Shown: positions 56,284 to 63,413 of the stretch, in pieces
How the letters are laid out: each line of letters starts with the position of its first letter
Numbering within the stretch: the stretch's first letter is position 1
Assembly (NCBI GenBank): GCA_041639695.1
Contig: JBEQBQ010000005.1
Location: forward strand, 1 to 63,413
Source: Candidatus Nanohaloarchaea archaeon
GTDB lineage: Archaea > Nanohalarchaeota > Nanosalinia > Nanosalinales > Nanosalinaceae
Direction: 5' to 3'
Length of the DNA stretch: 63,413 bases
Translations under genes and position numbers: made by a program
Notes under the pieces: model-generated
What the model was told of the DNA's origin: nothing
What the model saw: the letters and a program-made list of their open reading frames with translations, nothing else
Database searches by the model: none

Positions 56284-57018
56284 ATGCAGTTATCGTCGCC
56301 TCGTATAGACGAGGTCTATGTTTGGAACAGATCGGCGAGAAGGAAGTTTGGTGAACGCTCGTTAGGCAACACTGATCTTGAGCTTGAGCTAGCGATTCTT
56401 TTCCATGGAAACAGGCTTGGAACAGAAAGAGTTGAAGATTTCATAGATATTTCTGCTTCTGATATGGGGATGCACGGTATCTTTCTCAATAACCCGGTTT
56501 CGTATCAGGATATAAATGAGAAAGCTTACAGACAAGTTAATGCCAAATATGCAGCTGGCGAAACCACTTATCTTGAATACTTGGAACAGATGGGCTCGCT
56601 CAGAACAGGATCTTCTGAAGATGTCATCGTAAACTCGAGGGGTCCTGAGATAAACGGTTTTGATGAAGAATTGGACCAAACGAGAGAGGCTGTGGAAATT
56701 CTGAAGCAGAGAGATGATGCCTCATTTCAAACAGCGGAGCTGTTAAGTAATGCGGAAGGCGAAGACTTTAATGAAGTATATGATCGGCTGTCACACTGTC
56801 TAGGTTTCAAGATAGACTTTCTGTACCGAGCCGATCAGGAAAAGGTTGATGAGTTCTGGCACGAATACGGTCAAACAGATTACTCTGACGGGGAGAGGAG
56901 TGGGGTGCCGGGACAGGTACTTCTCGGTGAGACCCCTCAGGTATACATAGAAGCCGGAGATCTTCTGGAAATTAGCGCTGAGAGAATTGAAGACGATCTA
57001 AACGCTATAGAAAAATAA
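56284..57018 (+). CDS. Orphan hypothetical protein
   Basis: 244-aa acidic ORF; no family recognised. Confidence 0.65.
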   Translation: MQLSSPRIDEVYVWNRSARRKFGERSLGNTDLELELAILFHGNRLGTERVEDFIDISASDMGMHGIFLNNPVSYQDINEKAYRQVNAKYAAGETTYLEYLEQMGSLRTGSSEDVIVNSRGPEINGFDEELDQTREAVEILKQRDDASFQTAELLSNAEGEDFNEVYDRLSHCLGFKIDFLYRADQEKVDEFWHEYGQTDYSDGERSGVPGQVLLGETPQVYIEAGDLLEISAERIEDDLNAIEK

Positions 57019-57046
57019 GAGGTAAATTAAAGAAGTGGAGAGGTTT

Positions 57047-57388
57047 TTACTCGTCGGCCTGGTTGACTTCACGTGAGAGGTGCTCGATGTCGGAAGCCAG
57101 AGCGTCAAGCTTTCTGGAGACTCTCTCCTTTTCCTTCATAATGTTCTCGACCTTCTCGTACTTTCTTGCAGCACGATCAAGATCATACTTTTCTACGTAT
57201 GCTGCGTTTGTATCCATCATCTTCTCGATGATCTCGTCAGCAATTTCGCCTAGAAGAAGGTTCAGTCCGTAGTATACTTCGCTTCTTACGTACTGGCCGT
57301 CCTCAGCTTTTTCTCTTACCATTCTTTTGATCCTTGCGTGGGTGAAAGGAAGATCCGCAACTTCAACGTCTTCAGGTACGTTTACCAT
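57047..57388 (-). CDS. Histone-fold protein with C-terminal coiled coil
   Basis: LPFTHARIKRMVR (alpha1), YVRSEV (L1), long alpha2, VEKYDL (alpha3), then heptads. Confidence 0.75.
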   Translation of the reverse strand: MVNVPEDVEVADLPFTHARIKRMVREKAEDGQYVRSEVYYGLNLLLGEIADEIIEKMMDTNAAYVEKYDLDRAARKYEKVENIMKEKERVSRKLDALASDIEHLSREVNQADE

Positions 57389-57469
57389 GTTATCACACCT
57401 GAAAATTCGGCCTAGAGGCTTTTAAGGGTTTCCGAAACCGGTTTATTATTGGCTTCCGCATACGTCTGT

Positions 57470-58066
57470 ATGAGGTTCGAATGTACTGAAAACGATTTCA
57501 GGGTGTTCGAGCAGCTTGTAGAGCAGGACTTCCTTGGCTCTTTCCCATATTTTCTCGAACTGGTACTGCTGGGTGAGAAACCTGCTACTATACCTTCGGC
57601 CTACGGCGAGCTTGAATTCGCCGAAGAAAAGATTCGTGATATGGGTCTCGAAATAAAACAGGTTGAGCTTGAGTTTGTTGAACTTGAAGACGTCCCGGAT
57701 CATGCAAGAAAACCTGGAAAAATGTTTTTCGTTGGCAGGGAGGGAGATATTCAAGGTCTTAATGAGTCCTACACTGATCGTGAGAGTTACAGGCGCGATT
57801 TTGGTCTCGTAATGGGTTATCCGAAAAAAGACGTTGAATGGTTCTTGACTCAGGAAGAGGAGGCCTACGATAATTTCAGCTCGGAGATAGAGGGCTTCGA
57901 TGATCTAATCGGGTTAATAGCTTACGTCCCGAAACCGGAAGAAGAAAATCTGGAAAAAGCCCGTGAAACTGCTGAACGCTACAAGAATGCTTTGAAAACC
58001 GCGGATGAAAAGTTTGATTCGGACGTAGGCAAAAAGCTGTTACTGGTTCTCAAAGAAAACCAATAA
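57470..58066 (+). CDS. Hypothetical protein
   Basis: ORF with GEKPA and FGLVMGYP..DVEWF motifs; function not recognised. Confidence 0.65.
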   Translation: MRFECTENDFRVFEQLVEQDFLGSFPYFLELVLLGEKPATIPSAYGELEFAEEKIRDMGLEIKQVELEFVELEDVPDHARKPGKMFFVGREGDIQGLNESYTDRESYRRDFGLVMGYPKKDVEWFLTQEEEAYDNFSSEIEGFDDLIGLIAYVPKPEEENLEKARETAERYKNALKTADEKFDSDVGKKLLLVLKENQ

Positions 58067-58097
58067 CTATAAACATTCGAAGCCCGAACCAATCGAC

Positions 58098-58316
58098 ATG
58101 GTAGAACTTGCAACCATCGACCTAAGCTTAAGCATCATACTGAAGTCCGTCGCCATCGCTTTACTTGTGATGTTCCTCGTGCTACTCAAGAACCTGGACG
58201 AGGCGGTTCAGTCACTTGAACGTTCAATTGAGTCGATGGAGCGCTCGGCAGAAACCGTGGAAGATATAATCGCAATCGCGAGACATATCCCTTTCGTAGG
58301 TGGTAGACGTGACTAA
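58098..58316 (+). CDS. Small membrane-anchored coiled-coil protein
   Basis: One TM helix followed by heptads. Confidence 0.7.
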   Translation: MVELATIDLSLSIILKSVAIALLVMFLVLLKNLDEAVQSLERSIESMERSAETVEDIIAIARHIPFVGGRRD

Positions 58317-58551
58317 TGATTTTCTTGAAGCCGCGAAGAACTCAAGCAACGAATCCTCCGAAGAGCGTTATGAAAAGGCCAAGAAGAAGGAAGCAGGAAC
58401 GGATAGAAACATGGCCGAAAAACGCTACGAAGAGCTGAAGGAGGAAGCCAAGGAGGAAATGATGGAACAGGAATACTCCGAGGAGAAAGAGGAAGAGATT
58501 GAAGAACATGATGAGGAAGATGATGAAGACGAAAGCTTCGTAACTTACTAA
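58309..58551 (+). CDS. Small highly acidic protein
   Basis: E/D-rich ORF; GTG at 58309 preceded by GGTGG. Confidence 0.65.
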   Translation: MTNDFLEAAKNSSNESSEERYEKAKKKEAGTDRNMAEKRYEELKEEAKEEMMEQEYSEEKEEEIEEHDEEDDEDESFVTY

Positions 58552-58583
58552 GCTTTTAATTCGACTTCACAAATCCATTTTTC

Positions 58584-59756
58584 ATGGAGCTGGACAGGAT
58601 ACCGGAAGTAGCTAAATATTTGTCCTTAGTGTTCCTGTTTGGCTGGATAGGAAGGAGTACCGTATGGAACTTTCTGCCCGTATTTTTCAAGACACATATC
58701 GAAAGCGTCTTTCTAATAGGCATTATAACCTCAATACCTCCAATAATAACGGTTTTATTCGATATACCTGCAGGTAACCTAGTTCAGAGAGCTGGCGAGA
58801 AAATAGTGGTTTTAATGGGTTTGATAGCTGCAATTTTCCCTGCATTCCTCTATATTACCGCTGCACCAATACTTCTCCTGCTTGGAAAGGTGTTTGAAGG
58901 ATTTACGAAAGTGCTGGTTTGGAACGGCAGCTGGAGCCTAACATTAAAACAGTCAGACGATGATGTGGAGTCAGAAACTGTCTCTGTAGTACTTCTCGGA
59001 GCTAATTTGGGCGCGGTGTTGGGGCCTATAGTTGGAGGTTTTCTTATCGCCTCTGAAGGATTTGGAATTACGTTCTACCTCTGGGCTTTCACCTCGGCAG
59101 TTGCAGTTCTCGTGTTCTACAGCTACATAGGGGCTACAACAGAGAATCTCAAGTCTTCGTTCGAGAAGCTCGCGCACAGGAAAACCTATGTTGATGACTG
59201 GCATCACCTGAAGAACAACTGGAAAAAGCTAAGATTTGCCTTCGGTTTAACTTTTCTCTACTCCATAATTTTCTCGTTCTACTGGTTGGCAGTACCGCTT
59301 CTCCTAGATAAAATGGGGGCTGGTTTCGAACAGATGGGTATTATATTCGGTATAGCGGCGCTACCTAAAGTTTTCCAGTTCGTCTTTGGAGGTATAGCCG
59401 ATCGCTACGGAAAACTGTTAACTCTGACAACTCTTTCAGTAGTGCTTTCAATTACCTTGGTTGGTGTATTCCTTGCTCAGACCTTACTGGCGATCGGAGT
59501 ATTATTCTTTATAGCTAGAACATTTTCCTCAGGTATGTCTCCTCCGGTACACGCATTCTATGATTCAAAGGTTCCTGATGAGATAGAAGGGGAGATGACA
59601 GGGTTTTTCGAGATGTTTAAACATCTTGGACAGATGCTGGGACCTTTCCTTGCTGGAACGATTGCATCAATCTGGAGTGTTAACGCATCATTCCTCGCAG
59701 CCGCTTTCATCTCCTTGTTGATTGGAGGACTTTCTCTCGTGGCCAGAAGATTCTAG
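58584..59756 (+). CDS. MFS transporter
   Basis: About 12 TM helices, GGIADRYG motif A and GP.xGG. Confidence 0.92.
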   Translation: MELDRIPEVAKYLSLVFLFGWIGRSTVWNFLPVFFKTHIESVFLIGIITSIPPIITVLFDIPAGNLVQRAGEKIVVLMGLIAAIFPAFLYITAAPILLLLGKVFEGFTKVLVWNGSWSLTLKQSDDDVESETVSVVLLGANLGAVLGPIVGGFLIASEGFGITFYLWAFTSAVAVLVFYSYIGATTENLKSSFEKLAHRKTYVDDWHHLKNNWKKLRFAFGLTFLYSIIFSFYWLAVPLLLDKMGAGFEQMGIIFGIAALPKVFQFVFGGIADRYGKLLTLTTLSVVLSITLVGVFLAQTLLAIGVLFFIARTFSSGMSPPVHAFYDSKVPDEIEGEMTGFFEMFKHLGQMLGPFLAGTIASIWSVNASFLAAAFISLLIGGLSLVARRF

Positions 59757-60484
59757 ATCTTTCTTAGTTCGGGGAACTCGAATATTCCGGCCTCTCGGGA
59801 AACTGCTACGGCTTTCAAACTGCCTTTGTCAACATTATTCTTCATTATGGGGGATAGGAGCTGGGATTGAGGTGTTTCGTTAACGTTTGTGCCGTTGGAG
59901 ATGCTTGAGAAAGCAGGCATCACAACTATTCTCTTATCGTCCATATCTCCGTAGAGGAAACAAGCTACTTTCTCTCTTATACCTATCTCATCTTCCAAGG
60001 CGAGTGCAGGATGTTCATGTCCTATAACTACTGTCTCAAATTCCTCGATCCCCAGTTCCTCTAGCTCTAAATGCCCGTGGGTGAAGAGAACGCCATTTTC
60101 CAAGTAGTACTTCTGTAGTTCTAGGCCGTAATCCTCCACAGTATCTTCAAGGAATGTGTCGTGGTTTCCTTCGATAAGTATTATTTCTTCAAATTCGCGG
60201 TCAAGGAAGCCTAGAAAGTTTTCTATCTCGTTAGTTTCGGAGTAACGTGTTTTAAACTCGTTCTTCAGGTCTCCGTTCACAAGGATTCTTGAGGCCCCTG
60301 TTTCCTTCTTCATTTTTTCTATGTCTTTCAAGAGTTTCTCCAACTGGTGTTTCGGAACGTAGTTGCCGTCAAAAGTCATCGAACCTTCAAGACCTAGATG
60401 CAGGTCCGAAATCACAAGAAGATCCTGTTCAGGACGGTATAAACCGGGAATGCTGTCTACGGTTTTGAAGCCTTCAATATCCAT
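59753..60484 (-). CDS. Calcineurin-like metallophosphoesterase
   Basis: SDLHLG, NGD, GNHD, HGH, GHEHP and MPAFS motifs. Confidence 0.92.
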   Translation of the reverse strand: MDIEGFKTVDSIPGLYRPEQDLLVISDLHLGLEGSMTFDGNYVPKHQLEKLLKDIEKMKKETGASRILVNGDLKNEFKTRYSETNEIENFLGFLDREFEEIILIEGNHDTFLEDTVEDYGLELQKYYLENGVLFTHGHLELEELGIEEFETVVIGHEHPALALEDEIGIREKVACFLYGDMDDKRIVVMPAFSSISNGTNVNETPQSQLLSPIMKNNVDKGSLKAVAVSREAGIFEFPELRKI

Positions 60485-60510
60485 GTTTTGTTGTTCGGTA
60501 AGTCAGCTTT

Positions 60511-61368
60511 TTACCGGTTGACAGCTCTCCAGAGATCCAGGAAAGATTCGAAGAAATCATCCTCTGTCGATTTTAACAGGTAGCTAGCGCCGTAACGATC
60601 TGAAAGCTCTTCTATATCATCTGTATGTTGTTTCAACTGGTTCTTGTACTTCTTCTTTGTTCTCTTCGAGAGAAAAGTTCTGAGCTTTGATGAGGATTCA
60701 GGATCTTTCAATATCTTGTCGCCTTTCATCTCGGGGTCCATCTCCTCCTCGTCCAAAACGTTCACGAGTATTGTCTCGGAGCCTTTCAAACGTTTAAGCG
60801 CTGATTCAATTTCTCCTGTATCGGTTAGAAAGTCTGAGATTATGATAACGATGGACTTATTCTCGATTCTATTGCTGTATTCTGTTATACATCGTTCTAC
60901 TTTAGATTCCGGTGTTTTCCTCAGTTCGTTGAGGGTGTCCACGAGGTCTCCAAGGTTGGCGTTTCTTCTCGCACTTGAGATATCTGTTATGGTTTCTGAG
61001 AATACTGAGAGACGGAAACGATCGTTCGTATTCGATACCATGTATGCCATCGCCAGACCGAGTTTTGAGGCGTAGTCGTACTTGTTTTCCTCGCCGTAAT
61101 CCATCGAGCTAGAACGGTCAACAAGGATGTGAACTGTTACGCTCTTCTCTTCCTCGAAGCGTTTGATGAAGAGCTCGTCTGTACGTGCGTAGGCTTTCCA
61201 GTCAACTTTTCTTATATCGTCTCCTGGAACGTATTTCTTGTGATCTTCGAAGATCATTCCGTGTCCTGTGCTCGAGGAACTTTGTTCTCCTTCCTGTATC
61301 TCCGTTGAATTCTTCTTCAACGCAAGATTGAACCTGTCAAGCTCCTCTATAAAGTCGGCTTCTATCAT
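60511..61368 (-). CDS. DUF58 (vWA-like) protein
   Basis: Y.PGDDIRKVDWKAYAR, DRSSSM and ISDF motifs; downstream of MoxR. Confidence 0.92.
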   Translation of the reverse strand: MIEADFIEELDRFNLALKKNSTEIQEGEQSSSSTGHGMIFEDHKKYVPGDDIRKVDWKAYARTDELFIKRFEEEKSVTVHILVDRSSSMDYGEENKYDYASKLGLAMAYMVSNTNDRFRLSVFSETITDISSARRNANLGDLVDTLNELRKTPESKVERCITEYSNRIENKSIVIIISDFLTDTGEIESALKRLKGSETILVNVLDEEEMDPEMKGDKILKDPESSSKLRTFLSKRTKKKYKNQLKQHTDDIEELSDRYGASYLLKSTEDDFFESFLDLWRAVNR

Positions 61369-61373
61369 ACCGT

Positions 61374-62342
61374 TTAGACTTCCTCTATTATCTCCTCTAT
61401 GACGTCGTCAGCGTTTTTGCCTTCCTTCTCGGCCTTAAAGTTCAGGCCTATTCTATGCCGTAGGATCGGGTTTGCCATGGAGTTGATGTCCTCGGCTGAG
61501 ACATAGCTTCTTCCTTCAAGAAGTGCTCTTCCTTTGCCGGCAAGCACAAGATTGATCGAAGCCCTTGGTGAGGCACCGTAGTTAAGGTCTTCATGTGCAC
61601 GGGTCGCTGAGATGAGTTCCACAGCCCTCTCACGTATGTCATCTGCTATTGGTACCTGCCTGACGAATTCCTGGAGCTTGATTAACGAGGGCTGAGAAAG
61701 TACCTGTTCAAGCTCCGGATCGAAGTCAAGTTCGGATGAGAACCTCTTCACGATCTTTTCCTCGTTCTGCTCCTCCGGATAGTCAAGAGAAAGCTTCATC
61801 ATGAAACGATCCTTTTGAGCTTCCGGAAGCGGGTAAGTTCCTTCCTGGTCAATAGGGTTCTGCGTGGCGATGAGGAAGAAAGGCTTCTCTAGGTCGTAGC
61901 TCTTGTTGCCCGAGGTAACCTGTTTCTCTTCCATCGCCTCGAGTAATGCTGACTGCGTCTTAGGGGTGGCACGGTTTATCTCGTCCGCAAGTATCATGTT
62001 CGCAAATATTGGACCTTTCTGGAAGACAAACTCCTTTTCACCTTTCTCATTCTCATTAATGATATCCGTACCTGTGATATCGGAAGGCATCAGGTCAGGA
62101 GTGTTCTGTATTCTCGAGAAGCTTAATCCAAGTACTTCGGAAAGTGTTGAAACCATCTTTGTCTTTCCCAGTCCCGGGTTTGATTCGAGCAGGACGTTCC
62201 CATCGCAGACTATAGATATCAAAACGTTCTCAATTATCTCTTCCTGTCCTACCATTACTTTGCCGGTTTCGTTCATTACTTCTTGGAGCTTTTCGCTTGC
62301 TTTCTCGTACTTAGTGGCTTCGTCCTGCGACTTGAGCTTCAT
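61374..62342 (-). CDS. MoxR family AAA+ ATPase
   Basis: PGLGKT, TPDLMPSDITG, DEINRA, ATQNP and GTYPLPEAQKDRF motifs. Confidence 0.95.
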   Translation of the reverse strand: MKLKSQDEATKYEKASEKLQEVMNETGKVMVGQEEIIENVLISIVCDGNVLLESNPGLGKTKMVSTLSEVLGLSFSRIQNTPDLMPSDITGTDIINENEKGEKEFVFQKGPIFANMILADEINRATPKTQSALLEAMEEKQVTSGNKSYDLEKPFFLIATQNPIDQEGTYPLPEAQKDRFMMKLSLDYPEEQNEEKIVKRFSSELDFDPELEQVLSQPSLIKLQEFVRQVPIADDIRERAVELISATRAHEDLNYGASPRASINLVLAGKGRALLEGRSYVSAEDINSMANPILRHRIGLNFKAEKEGKNADDVIEEIIEEV

Positions 62343-62381
62343 GGTATATCGTTTGAAACGGTATCGTTTAAATCGATTGAT

Positions 62382-63140
62382 TTAGTTAAGCGACTTGATC
62401 TCAAGGCTGTACTGCTTAGCCAGCTCAAGATCATCAGATAGTTCGGGCCCTGTTGAATCAAGCGTGGCGGGTGTTGAAACAGGTTTAGCCGACAGATCTG
62501 AGCTCTCAGGGCTTCCTGTCCCTTCTATGGAGTAATTCACCAGCCTACCGGAAAGCTTGATTTCCCTATCTCCCTCTATATTTGAGGCGTTCTGGACTTG
62601 GAACCTCTGCTTTTTCTCTTCCTCTTGATTTAATACGTTGTCTATAGGTCCTAGATCGTTAACTAGCTCGCCTCCGCCCTCTAAAACTTGGAAGTTGGCT
62701 ATGCCCGAAACCACAGTAAGGAAACTGAGAGCGCCAACGGCAAGAATCTTCTGGATAATTTTCTTGCTGGGCACAATACTTTCCGAAGTAACTGAACGAG
62801 ATCTATCCATTAGCTCGTCGAAAAGCGCCTGTGAAACTATGTTCCTGTTGTTTAAGTTGTCTCTTGCCGTTCTTAATATCTCCCTTAATTCAGGGTTTTT
62901 CTGTTCGTATATCTCGAGAGTGTAGTTTCTTGAACGGTAATAGAAATCTGCCCCGAAGAAGAAAATTGAAACGAAAGCAACAGCGGCAGTGTTATCTATA
63001 TTTCCGACCAAGCTAAAATCAAGGAGAAAAAGCACTATGTTTGCAGATAGGAAGAAAAGGATAGAGTCTAGACAGGCCTGCATCAGGTTTACTTTAAGAA
63101 ATTCTCGTCTCAATCGTTTGAGGAGTTTTTCAACTCTCAT
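62382..63140 (-). CDS. Membrane protein of the MoxR operon
   Basis: Three TM helices and the E..NPELRE.LRTARD motif. ATG 63140 is preferred. Confidence 0.75.
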   Translation of the reverse strand: MRVEKLLKRLRREFLKVNLMQACLDSILFFLSANIVLFLLDFSLVGNIDNTAAVAFVSIFFFGADFYYRSRNYTLEIYEQKNPELREILRTARDNLNNRNIVSQALFDELMDRSRSVTSESIVPSKKIIQKILAVGALSFLTVVSGIANFQVLEGGGELVNDLGPIDNVLNQEEEKKQRFQVQNASNIEGDREIKLSGRLVNYSIEGTGSPESSDLSAKPVSTPATLDSTGPELSDDLELAKQYSLEIKSLN

Positions 63141-63142
63141 AT

Positions 63143-63412
63143 TCAGTACACTTCGTGTCCCCAGTTCTCGCACTCACTTATGGAGGAGTCCGTAAGGTTT
63201 TCCTCGGGGGCATCTTCACAAACTTCTCCAAGGCTTTCATTTATAGAAGATACAGTGATCTCCAGATCGGTAAGATTTCCTTCTAGGTTTGATACTTCGG
63301 TATCCAACCGGGAGTTCTCTGATTCGAGATCGGAGACTTCAGATTCGAGACTCTCTACCCGGGAACGTAGATTCTTCGTTTCTGAGACATACGTGTTTAC
63401 GTCCTCCCGTTT
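63143..63412 (-). CDS. Partial coiled-coil protein (5' end outside the window)
   Basis: Hand translation ...RVESLESEVSDLESENSRLDTEVSNLEGNL...NWGHEVY*; stop lies 2 nt before the next ATG. Confidence 0.7.
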   Translation of the reverse strand, partial: KREDVNTYVSETKNLRSRVESLESEVSDLESENSRLDTEVSNLEGNLTDLEITVSSINESLGEVCEDAPEENLTDSSISECENWGHEVY

Positions 63413-63413
63413 T

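Noticed and set aside
1-63413. CRISPR arrays, transposases, integrases or prophage
   Set aside because: No regularly spaced repeats, terminal inverted repeats, tRNA-end duplications or recognisable mobile-element genes were seen by eye.

Overview
A gene-dense archaeal chromosome segment of moderate GC with a strongly acidic proteome and very short intergenic spaces. It most likely comes from a nanohaloarchaeon (DPANN symbiont of haloarchaea); this is inferred from gene content and composition. Housekeeping blocks: a dTMP cycle cluster (folA, thyA, glyA, tmk), TFB, RqcH, a short Smc-ScpAB, uS15-RecJ-eS1, t6A genes (bud32, tsaC, kae1), the eS6-aIF2g-PIN-rpoE1-spt4-eS24-eS31 operon, K+ transport (Kef-type x2, TrkH/TrkA), photolyase, a histone-fold protein and MoxR/DUF58. 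RNA genes: tRNA-Pro(GGG), tRNA-Leu(CAA) with a D-loop BHB intron, and a canonical dual-guide C/D box sRNA. Most interesting: (1) two paralogous proteins made of a coiled coil, a twin-arginine signal and a variable tip (tail-fibre-like in one, GC-shifted in the other), each inserted between normally linked genes; (2) a shared palindrome TTGTTA-N8-TAACAA between the TATA box and ATG of several scattered orphan enzymes (HAS/NodC-like GT2, ADP-ribosyltransferase-like, GGCT-like); (3) a 7-kb insert with four ATP-grasp ligases, a GGCT-like protein, an M24 peptidase and an MscS channel fused to a dead C39-like domain; (4) two genes that appear to start at ATC. No CRISPR array or transposase was seen.
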